Assembly (NCBI GenBank): GCA_910592345.1
Contig: CAJVPI010000194.1
Coordinates: 1 to 43,762 of the forward strand
From: Paraglomus brasilianum
Taxonomy: Eukaryota
DNA length: 43,762 nucleotides
Direction of reading: 5' to 3'
The notes below the pieces were generated by a model that saw nothing but the letters and a program-made list of their open reading frames with translations, was not told the DNA's origin and made no database searches. Shown one piece after another: positions 11,951 to 23,300 of this stretch (position 1 is its first letter; the number at the start of each line of letters is the position of its first letter). Both the position numbers and the translations under genes were made by a program.

Positions 11951-12772
11951 CTATTCGAAATACTTCAGAGCTTCTACGTAACTATTCAAACCCCCAACAT
12001 CAATTCTTCCATTTATGTTTTCTGCATAAAATTTACATTTGCCTTCATTAATTGCCCACGCCAAGAACTTTCCGGGTGCATCACGCTGTTCGAGCGCTTC
12101 GCCCTTCTTTTCAGACTCTTTCAAAAATTCCGAGATCAAGCTTACTGCATTTTTTTTGAGAAGATAAAAGCATGGACAAGCTTCCCTAGATGCAGTTTCT
12201 TCCGGATCGGGTTTCTCAAGGAAGTGTGTTATTAAATTGTTGAGCGATTCATCTATTAGTGCAATTCCGTATCTCTTCGTAAATTCATCGGGAATGGTGT
12301 ACGTCACCGTTAAGCAATCATTGTCGGACAGCGAAGAAAAACGAATTAGCATGTCAGAGAGCTTAAAATTACGATAAAAGAGTAGATCGCCCGCAATTAT
12401 TAGAATATCCGAATCTAGCTTGAAATATTTAATTGCATATTCGATATCCGCTATTGCACCAAGACGATTTTCATTAGCCGTTGTTCCATCACTGCAAATA
12501 TGATCGGCCGGAATATTATGTCTCTTTGTCCAAGTAATAAATGCATCATAGTTCATTGCATTAGTCACAATGTATAGATCACTTCTAGAATCAATTCCTG
12601 CAGCCGTAAGAACATCCAGCCAAGAACTTATTAGCGCATCGTAATTACCAACGGGAAGTAAAGCCTTGGGAACGCCAAGAAGATGAGAATAAGCATGTGT
12701 AGGGTCTGCACGGATATCTCGTTGAAGACGTGTACCATAACCAGCTCCAAGAATGAGGACTTTAATCGACAT
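11951..12772 (-). CDS. Sugar-1-phosphate nucleotidyltransferase (NTP_transferase, GT-A fold), GKUP N-terminal-domain-like, 273 aa, intronless
   Basis: ATG at 12772. Motifs LILGAGYGTRL...PKALLPVG, IIAGDLLF, YGIALID, FLEKP and GRIDVG. There is an extended insert between GTRL and PK. Confidence 0.85.
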   Translation of the reverse strand: MSIKVLILGAGYGTRLQRDIRADPTHAYSHLLGVPKALLPVGNYDALISSWLDVLTAAGIDSRSDLYIVTNAMNYDAFITWTKRHNIPADHICSDGTTANENRLGAIADIEYAIKYFKLDSDILIIAGDLLFYRNFKLSDMLIRFSSLSDNDCLTVTYTIPDEFTKRYGIALIDESLNNLITHFLEKPDPEETASREACPCFYLLKKNAVSLISEFLKESEKKGEALEQRDAPGKFLAWAINEGKCKFYAENINGRIDVGGLNSYVEALKYFE

Positions 12773-13472
12773 GGTAAATTGGAAACTGATCGCTGGTGGC
12801 ACGAGCTCACATTCACACGTACCATCTATAAATAAATTTTATGATATAAATAGTGGTTTCTGGACATATTGAAGAACGAAGGCGTGAAACACGATTATAG
12901 TCCATGCCACGCGTCGTCAAAAGTTTTACCGTTATACATTTGTCTAGTGCTGGAAGATGGATTATTTTCCGAAGACTTCGTTTATTATTCAAAAACAAGT
13001 GCTTGTCTCGGAGATATATACGATAATAATAGGCTTATGTTCAGCAACTTGTTCAAGGCGAACGTCAAATAACACTATTAGCATTGTAGTCTGTAATATT
13101 GACGAGTCCGTAATATTATTTATTAAAAACTCCAGAGAAAAAGTCTGATTTATCGACGGTCCGTTATATTGACTTTCACTGTATATTTGCCAAGACTACA
13201 TTGACTGGCGGAGTATATGTGAAGCATTTCTTCCTCGCTGTCTAAATGTAATTTCAAACAGATATCACGCAAATGTATACGCGAATATGATAGGCTTATT
13301 ATTGATAAAATCCGTATGCATCGAGTCATACTCCGAACGCGCCTCGACTTACGATGCATTGATCAGCAAAATAGGTTAGCAATCTGTTCATTATAATTGA
13401 GGCTAATTATCAGACATACAGTTATACAGTGTCTAGGTCGCTATTAACGACATGATTGGTTTATACGTCAAC

Positions 13473-13526
13473 CCTCAACTAATAGTTTATTAAATAAAGA
13501 CCTCGAAACCTCAACTAATAGTTTAT
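13473..13526. repeat. 18-bp direct repeat, possible remnant of a transposon end
   Basis: CCTCAACTAATAGTTTAT at 13473-13490 and 13509-13526. The first copy is preceded by TATACGTCAAC, loosely resembling the TA|CAGTCAAACCTC end seen at 28340. Confidence 0.5.
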
Positions 13527-14823
13527 ATTATGGTAGAAGCTACCGAGCTTGTAAAGAGCGATCTTCGCCTTTGATTTCTATGGCCTTCCGTGTCGTAAAA
13601 GGACGTAGGCGGTTTGTTTTTTCTGCTCAAAAATATCCGACAACACGCGTCTTGTTGAAGAAGAAAAAATGGAAACTAGGATACATGTACCAGCACATAA
13701 ACAGTGCTTTAGTTGAGATAGACCTCGAACGTTTTGTGGATGGCGGCGAATATTATTATGTCGAAGTTAAGGGAGGAAACAACAAAGGCTAGTAATAACC
13801 CAAATGTCGTTTGCATATGACGGGATGCAACAGAAACGTAGTGTTATACACTATCTGCTAATTTACGCTTTCCTTTCTCTAGAATTTGCTTATGCTTGAC
13901 AAACGAGAGGAGAAAAAAAAAGATACCGAGTCGAATGCTTCCAAATCACAATGCTTGCCCACCATCGGTTTAAAATATACCAGCACCAGCAAGCACCATT
14001 GATATTTTAATACTGACAATATTATTCTATGGCTGTCTTAGTCTGTCGAGATATCACAAACAGTTCGAGAATTTAGCTAGAACCCTTCCAACGTCTCCGT
14101 ACCAAGCATTCAAGTTAATAAATTTAAGCGAATCTTGTCGCTCCCCAAAAACGCTATTATTCTTGGGGTTCATGACAATTAGCAATCAAGGTGGATGCTA
14201 GTTTATTCAATTCATGGACACACTAGTTTGAGGACGGGTATTGGTAAGACTTCACTTCGTTATTCTTATCTGAACACTTGGATGTCTTCTAGAGATCGAA
14301 CGCTCGTAATATTATAAAAAGTATATGCTAGGACATTCTATTTTAACTAAAGGTCGGCGGCTACACGTTTTTAGCGAAGGGACACTGTTGCATGCTATAC
14401 CAAATTGTTGATTGAGATACTAGCAATGAGCATATGAAACTCTTCACTCTCGAAGAACACGAATTTCCTTCCTCACTCTTCCTCTTGAAGGCAATCTTTG
14501 TTCAGCAACGCTGCAAGCTAGAATACTCGAAGTTTGTTATTTAGGAACTAAAGGTCCAGCGCAGCGCCTACATTTCTCAAAGTAGCGAATGAAGAATGCT
14601 TGTTATAATTTCTTCTACTATGAATGGTCCCCGAAAGAGTATATTCAAATAGCTTTATGCAAGCGTTAGTCTTTGTTTTATTATTAATAGACTAAATAAC
14701 TGATTTTCTGTATCACAATGTCCCGCAGTTACATTAATACAGCATATCCGTTCAAAGTCAGCCATTCTTTATTATTATTCACACAACTAACCGACTAATT
14801 ACACACACAAGTATATTTGCAAG

Positions 14824-15862
14824 ATGCTGGGCAAGTGCTGTTTTTGCATCGGTTTGAGGTATGCATAAGAGTAATTCTATTGGTGTTGTATGATCTGTCT
14901 TCTTAACTTCTCTTACTTGTTAACGCAAAGGCCGGCGACTCTCATTCTAGCTACTCTTGGCGCGGTAAGCATTCTCTGCCGTAAACTCGTTTAAGAATAC
15001 GTTTTGGAACCTCAATAATCGAGCGAAAAAACTCATTCGTTTTATTTATAATAGTTGGCAAACCTTGTCAATGCCTACCACTTTTCAGTCTTTGAAGGAA
15101 ATTATGGATTTTTATATACTGTCTTATCCACTTACTACCTTGGTGCTTCTTTGGCATGTATCTGTGGTTTCCAAGGTGTCCTTAAGGTATGAATATTGAA
15201 CGTGCGATATTAGTTGTGTTTGTAAAGCTCTGAAGATCAAAAAGTATGATATTGTGAGCTTTTTGTAATTTAACATTTCGTTCTCGCCTTCTAGAATAAA
15301 GTTAAATATGTCAAGATCTTTGCTATCTATTACTGGTGGCAGCTTCTTGTCGCGTTTACTTTATCGATCATGATTTCAGTCATCGTTTTCTATTTTGAAT
15401 TCGATGTCTGTGAAAAATTCATCGGACAGCCAGATGTCGATATGACATTGGAGGAATGCTTAGATTTCTATTTCAAGAGTGCTGCTTTCCTTGTTATTTC
15501 TCTTGCAGTTGGATGTCTTATTGAGGTGAAATATTGCATTGTTTTGTTTTCTGGGGGGAAGAGGGCTTATTCGTCACAAAATTAATCTTGACATTTATTT
15601 GGCTTTCGAAACTTGACAGCTCCACTTTTGCATGGCTGTTTGGGCTTATTACAAACGTCTCAGCGTTGAACAACAATATCGGGATATTTCTGATGTCGTC
15701 TATCATGTTCAATATACACCTGTTCAACATGCTTCCATTCAATATTCAGCTCAATATTCAGCTCCCGAAGACAGCAATCTTCCTCCAGCCTATGAAAGCG
15801 TTCATGGAATTTTAGGTGATCAGAAATTTGGTGCTACTCCTACCGTGGCCGGTAAGCAATAG
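14824..15862 (+). CDS. Small four-transmembrane protein with N-terminal CCFC and C-terminal PPxY, LAPTM4/Mtp-like architecture, 5 exons, 224 aa
   Basis: Exons 14824-14858, 14931-14964, 15055-15186, 15295-15525 and 15620-15862 splice in frame: MLGKCCFCIGLRPATLILATLGALANL...LSTYYLGASLACICGFQGVLK...IFAIYYWWQLLVAFTLSIMISVIVFYF...FLVISLAVGCLIELHFCMAVWAYY...LPPAYE. A 12-bp tandem duplication at 15740-15763 encodes QYSAQYSA. Confidence 0.8.
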
Positions 15863-17058
15863 AGACATACGGCAAGGATCCTGTTGTAGGAGAGACATAG
15901 ACAAAACACAGAGAATGGCCAACTTCTAGTCGGCTTAAGTTCTGTTTATATTTTATTTGTCTGCATGTGTCAAAGTTTTAAGAAATAAATAAACAAATAT
16001 CAATACTAATACACATTTGATTATTGTAAATGGTTCAACATGTATGATACAATTTATGATCATGCTTTCTGCACAGTTGGTGGCACAGGAAACCTTTATT
16101 ATTGTCACGCCTGTGACCACCCTTTCACTGTTTTCCTCTCTACTATAATGACAGCAAAAAACTATTGATTGTTGTGTCACGACGGTTAGAGTAAAGAAGG
16201 AGCTTTATTATACTATTGAGAATACTGAGTTTAGGTAACACGGGCGATGATTCCTGCGAGAATTTGGGTGTGGATGTAAATATATATTGTCAGTTAATGG
16301 TTAACATTTAGCCTTTTACCACCAGTTTGGCTAAGTTGATTAGTACAAACGTTTCTTCATCTACAATGTGTGCCGACACATCTTCAAACTAAACTGACTG
16401 ACGTTATTGGCATCCTTGCCTGTGGACAGCCGTTTATGAAAACGTTCACAAATGCGGGTGCTAACAAATCCACATAATAATAATACATTTGCCATAATAA
16501 TAAATGGACACATTTTCTGAGACAATTATTTTAGTAGGAAAAAGACTCTTTTTGCTAAATTTGCCCTCCAAACGTACATAGGTGGAAAATTCTAACGTCC
16601 AACATATACCTCCATGACAAAAAAAAATGAATGAAATGCAGTCTTGATATTAATAAAACAGTCGAGGGAGGAAAGTCGATGCACGACAGTTATGATACAA
16701 TGAAGAGAGGGAAAAAAGAAAATAAATGTAACGAGAAATGAAAAGAAACTATGAAACAGAAAGATAAGTGCTCAATAAGTTTGTACTTCGCAGTTGGAAA
16801 TAATGATAAACCATGACTCCGAGGTTGAATATGAGTGTACTTTCGGAAGAGGAATTGAAAAGGAGTGAATGATGGTATAGAAAATAAAAAGCTTGTTGTC
16901 TTGTCTGCTCAGTAACAAATCTCTAACTTTAATAAAATAAGATATATTATAAAATAATAGATGCACTTTGATAAACAAGTACTTAGTAAGAATAGAAAAT
17001 CAAAGAATGGGTAGTCAATCGCCAATCTAATAAAATAAAAAGAGTCCACAGAACCTGA

Positions 17059-20008
17059 TTATGTTGGAACTTTCATATTGTTTCCATCATTTAATAAAGT
17101 CTCCAACCAATAAAGAATAATTTCCAGTGAACGTGCGGTCCAACTGTCATTCGGCATATCAAGTGGTATCCAGTCGGCATAAGGAATAGGACCTTGACTA
17201 CTGTCGAGAACGAAAACGCTCGTAATGATGCCGAAGAGATAAACAACCAGCGTATACAGAGCAAATGTCACAGTGTTATTAACCATCGAGTTGTACTGAG
17301 CAATTGACATATTGCCTCGTGTCACAAGAGCTCTCGAAGAAGCTGCCGTTACTACTGATTCAGCTTTCTCCGGCTGAAGATAAAAAAGATAAATTATATT
17401 GAAAATATATCGACATGTCAGAAATAAAGCATTAGACAATACCTCTGCTTCTACGTTAGCGGGTGTTCTTCGTCTTCTTGTACGCGTGCTTGTACGACTT
17501 AGCCGCGAATGTTTTGTAAGATCAGTGCTTTCCCCTTCAATGGAACGCCGATCACGTCGTTCAAGAGGACGATTATGATCTTTGATCATATTCTCGATCA
17601 AAGCATACTGATGCCCTAACTCTTGAGTAAGGGCCTCAAAATTGTGTGCAACGTCTCGATCCCGTAAACGGATACCATTCCCTTCTGCCTGACGACGCAG
17701 TGAACGGGATTCTCGTTTGCGGTTTGAATGCTCATCCACTGGATGACGATATTGTTCAAGCTCTGACTGTCGAACATTTGTTAATTCTTCATCAGCACCA
17801 TCTGTACTAACAGCAGTTTGATCGGAAACGTTATCCTTACGTCGGCGGGAAGACTAGTTGTTTAAAGAACATTAGATAGTTTCCTTATTGACATTAATTG
17901 AAAGATGCTAAGAACTTACTTTAGGGCGTTGCAACATTTCGTCTTCTAAGGTAGTGTGATCATTTGCTTCCAATTCTAATGCCAGACTCTTAAATTGAAG
18001 CGAGAATGACTAAACCTGCAATCTAACAGTACTAACCCAAATTATAAGTAATACTATATAGTAACTCACCGACATTGAAGGATCAACAATTTTGCCACTC
18101 CGTATTTCGTCCAAGTCGAGCTTTAATTTGTCAATTGTTTCTTTAAGCACCGAGTTCTCTGTACGCTGTTGTTCCAATTCTACTTCCGACTGTTGTGCCA
18201 AAGCCACATCAGCCTCTAGTTTTGCAAGGGCACTTTCTAAACGTTGTCGCTCTTCAATCCACTGTTATAATAGGTGGAATTTTGTGGTGAGCGGATAAGT
18301 CGTGCTACATAATTACACGCCATGCAAGAATGTGTACCTTTTTTTCCCCAGCCGTGAAATTGCTGAGATTTTTTGTAGTGTTCGCCAACTCGCCTTCCTT
18401 GACCCGTACAAGGTCTCTTAATTTTTCCGCTTCCTCTGGAACATAGTCAATTAATTTAAAAAACCGAAAATGCCAGGTGGAAACCAATGCGTCTATACTA
18501 ACCACTTTGCTCTTCATACTGCCTCTTAAGTTGGTTATAGAGTTGTTTTTGTCCATTCAAGTTCTTATGGATCTTCTGTATTTCTATTTCAAGCTGCACT
18601 CACGACGTAATTAAAATGGCTGTAGTATTAATAGTCCTTTATATGATAGATAATTAACGGAGTAAATACTTACTGCAGAAATCTGATGTAAATTTGTCTT
18701 CTCCTTACTCTTATGATCTTGAATCTCTCGTTTCTTATTTTGTAAATCGGCTTTAGTCTCTTCTAGTTTGTGCTGGAGCTCCTCAATACGTTCCTCATGC
18801 TGGCGGGCTACGTTCGTTAGATGCCTCTCGGATTCTTTCAGTCTCTTTGCAAGCTCAACTGTGTGACGATGCAATCGACTAAGTTGCTCAGCAGGATCAT
18901 CACCTGGCTACATGGGGAGAAGCAAAAATTTTCACATGCAACCAATATAACTAAAGTCACCCGAATCAATATCATTAGCTTATTCAATAAGATTTCATAC
19001 CTCTAATAATACAGGGAGTCCGTCGATATACTCTCCCCTAGACTCAAGCGTACCTGATTCAAATTCATCAGGATCAATTGGTCGTGGGTAGCCGGCTCCC
19101 ATGCCAGAAATATTGCGACCACCAAATGGTCGTCGCCTACGTCCTAAAGGACCACTACCGGAAGGAGAAGTGTACGATTCGTTGCCCTGTAAATTATTTC
19201 GGGTTTCGGGACTCTATACATAAGTTTTTCACTATAACAAAGTTCAATAATTCGGCTCATATTTACCGCCATACTATCTTCGTCACTTAGAACATGATCT
19301 GGAGAAGTAATGCCGGAATTCCTGTTCGCTGATGAATTGTAAGGAGTCCTAGCCCAACCACTTCTAACTTTTCCAAATTTTGTAATCGGTGTGGTGCGAG
19401 CTCTATCGGGAACTGGTGATTGTTGAGGTGTTGCCAGGTCATTGTTCGTAGAAACGCTAGTAGAGGGCCCAGTAACAGTGGTTGGCCTTAAGCCATCTAT
19501 TAATCGCATTACATCTTCAACGGATACTTCCATTTCCGGATTTTGCGTGCAGAATTGTTGAAACATATTCGAAGCTTCGTCATTGAGCAAGCGCTTCGGT
19601 TGCTTGGATTCCCAGACAGTAACGGTGTTAAATAGGTCTTGACAAGATATCCTTCCGCTTCCATCTTGGTCATGTTGTCTAAAGAGACTCTCCAATTGCG
19701 ATCTGACGCTGTCGTGTGTGTTCTGAGCCTGCTAGAAACAGAATGCAGCAGTTAAAATTTTAGTTAATTTGGATTACATAACGAACCCATAATATCGTGA
19801 AATTGTATATTTGCAAAACACTACTATAAGCATTTACTGAACAAACGCATGAAAGTTATCTCTTTACGAGCATTGGCCGTCTGCCCGATCTTGTATAGTC
19901 TCGTATTTTTTTTCTGTTGAACTTCTCTGAATAACGAACCTGCTCAGGGGGTTTTGGTTGGTCAGAAGGTTGGCTTTCCGCTCTCGATGAGCTAACTTCC
20001 AGATCCAT
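17059..20008 (-). CDS. EF-hand + coiled-coil + C-terminal TM protein ending in VPT; KASH-like outer nuclear membrane LINC component (Kms1/Kms2/KASH5-like), about 10 exons
   Basis: Exon 1 is 20008-19940 (MDLEVSSSRAESQPSDQPKPPEQ). EF-hand loop DQDGSGRISCQD; long heptad region (LAKRLKESERHL..., ENSVLKETIDKLKLDLDEIR); TM VTFALYTLVVYLFGIITSVFVL; short tail ending NNMKVPT*. The start exon and acceptor choice (19732 or 19729) are tentative. Confidence 0.7.
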
Positions 20009-20348
20009 CGGTTATGAATGACACTGTCTCATGTATTGTGGAGGAGATTAGATGAGGGTTAATCACACAAGTAACTAAAGGAAAGGGAGTGGATATTTAT
20101 TTGGTTTGATGACAGGTCTTTGCTATGAGTGGCCGCTTTCTGAAGCGTCCGTAAAATACGTCTGTATCAGATATAACGGGGCTTCACAATCCAGAACTAA
20201 CTTTGTTTTATTTCCTGTGTTACCTTAACTGCATGACACCACAACCCGCTCGAACGCCTAACACTTTCGCTATAGGGAATCAATTAAAATTTAGACATTT
20301 AATATAGGGCTTCTCGCAACCGGTCTTGATAATCGTTAAGACTAAATA

Positions 20349-23300
20349 ATGTCTGCAACACCACGAAACGTCTCGCCCTCAATATCACGTAAACCCATTA
20401 GTCAAGGCAGCTCAGGGACAAATAATGCATCTGATATCGACCAGTTATTGGACTTAATCGACTCTCAATTAGCAGCCTCAAAACCTCCGGCACAAACAAC
20501 GCAGTCGAATAATGACTCGGCGACGTCGACTCCACAAGCACATTCAGGAGCAGCGCCGCCACAAATTGCGTCATCTTCTAGTTACTCTAATTATTCTGCT
20601 TCAACAAGTAGCAAGCCTTTGCCTGATCCTTCAAGTCAACATACATATGCTAACAATCCTATCCCTTCTCAATTAGCGACAGCAGCACCACAGCCCTCCA
20701 TATCATATGTAATGCCGAGCAGTAGTAATACGGATACTACAAATTCTTATAATGCATCGTATCATCCGCATAATAATATACAACCACCTGGTTCAGCGCA
20801 GACTTCGTATTATGGGAGTACATCACAATACTATGCAGCTCAAAATTATCCCCAGTCTGGTAATTACTACTCGCCTTATCCACAACACTGGCAGACTACA
20901 CACAATCTATACACGAGTGCGAGCGGGCGACCTTTGCCGACGCCTCCTGGTCCAAATTATAATTATGGGGGCGTTCCCGCAAGTTATACATATGATAACC
21001 CTCAATATCCAGCCGTGTCTCCAACAAGTGGAGAGTCATTATCTTATTTAAGTTATAATATGCCTGAGCCCCGGACATACGTTTCTCCGTCTCCTCAATA
21101 CCAATCGATCCCGGAGACGGAGGCTGCTCTTAATGATGGACGTAGACCACTTCCATTACCAACGCAACCTGGACAACAACCCACTACTGTAAACAATTTC
21201 TCAAATCCGAGCGCTCAACCTCAAAAACGGCGTTCTAGTCAAAGTTCTAAAGATCATAGTGATGATGTCTATGCTGCTTATCCAACTGAACACAGGCGGC
21301 CTACCAGGTGAGAGAATTAAATAAGTTGTTAGAAATTTATTAGATACTATTTTGCTTTCGTGAATTGACTAAATGATGGCTTGATAAATAATTACGAATT
21401 TCAACTGCCTGATGGTGCGCTTGGTAGTTTGCCGTCTGTTCCCGAGAAGCCGCGAAAGGAAACTGATCCGTATACGCCGAGCAGTGCGTCAGCAATTCAA
21501 CAAAAAAAGAAGGACATTTTCCACGGGATTAATGGAATGATGAATCCTGCCCTTCTTTCAAACATAGCCCTAGTATTTAAAGCAATAATTAAATTAGGCC
21601 CGCATGTAAAAGGGGTTATTGAATATCCAGACAGCTTTAACGGGAATGACGCAGTGGTACGTTTATTCGTTATTGTTGATGATTAGAAAGACCATTATTC
21701 GTTTGAGAAAGTTGCATTCACGACAACAACTATGTATCTAGAACACTATACTTAGTCTTCTGCCGACTAATACACATCGCCGACTTGCACTATCGATGGC
21801 ACGATCGCTGGAAGCACAACTTTACTTTCATTCAGTCGACTGGTCTATAGTAACGGTGGTCAGAGATAACGATGACGAAGTCTATACGTTTCTTAATCCT
21901 GACCCTTACTCACCATCTACGTGGGAGTGGGATGAAGACTTTCCTACGGGTGTATTTCCTAGTGTTGCAAAATGTTACAGTCCTCAATGTTCGACGGACG
22001 GGAAAGGGTGCTATTCGAGAACTTGTCCCAACTACGTGCCGAATGAGGTAATATAATATACGACGCATGTGTTCATGTGAACGCGACCCATTCTTTTCTG
22101 AAAAATAATCGTTTTGATTATCTCCGTTACAAGGAGGAAGCCTCTAAAAAAAGCGAACCGCCTCTCAACCGACAGTTCAGTACAATGTCATTAGCATCGG
22201 ATCAGTCAGAACCGGTATTGCATCCTTCAACCGTTAAATTGTTTCGATAGCTATCGAGCAGATTATCATTCAACTAACGCGTACATCAACTTCAAGGGGT
22301 TAAATAGGCCTCCTGCATCATCGCAGGAAAGAACATGGATGGCATCTGTTCCGAAAGAAATATCCGATAAGCTTGATAAAGAGGAACAAAAGCGACAAGA
22401 GATAATATTCGAGACTATCTATACTGAAGAGGATTATGTTAAGGATTTAAATCTATTAGAGGAGGTCAGTATGGGCATAATCCTGTCAGATTATCATGTG
22501 TTGGCCGTATTGAATATTTAATAAATTATTACACTGACAGTTGTATGTAGACGGATTGCGAAAAGCCTCGCCGCCAATTATTTCTCCAGCCCGAGTGGAA
22601 ATGTTTATCCAAGATGTGTTTTATAACGTATTCGACATTCGTGAACACAATCAACGACTACTCGAGCGGTTACGTGAACGACAGCGGGAAGGCTACGTGG
22701 TCGAAAAAATTGGCGATATTTTCCTGCAAAGCGCGTTGGATTTTGGGAATGATTACATATTATATAATGGTCATTTCCCGTTGGCTGACAATTATTTGAG
22801 AGCTGAAAAGGCTAGGAATCCAGCATTTAAGAGCTTTCTAGAGGTAATATGGTAAATTATGGCATGGATTACGCTTAGTGCGCGTATGTGTTGTTTGGGT
22901 AAAAAGACTTATTGGCGCTAATCAGTTGCCCTGGCTTGTATAAAGCAATGTTCACGTCGTCCAGAGGCGCGCAAACTCGATTTTCGTCACTTCATACAAC
23001 GACCAACGACGCGTCTACAGCGCTACACACTCCTCCTTGAGCAGATTCTGAAACACACTGCTGATGGGCATCCCGACAAGGGAGTCCTTGAAAATGCTTG
23101 GAAAAATATAAAAGAACTGTGCAAGGAAAGTGATAATAAAGTGCATGAGGCTGAGAAACGATTGCGCATAGTCGAATTAGACCGCAAATTAGTAATGAAG
23201 ACTGGAGAAACCTGCGTACGTGTACTTCCATCTTTTATGGGTTTAATGTTTAATTTTATCCCAACACGAATGTTAAAATTCATCTCTCCATGAACAGCCG

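Noticed and set aside
21309..21427. Possible non-canonical GT-AA acceptor at 21391 in RhoGEF intron 1 (branch-like GACTAA at 21367, open frame from 21381)
   Set aside because: A canonical in-phase TAG at 21425-21427 with CTGAT just upstream explains the junction without anything unusual.
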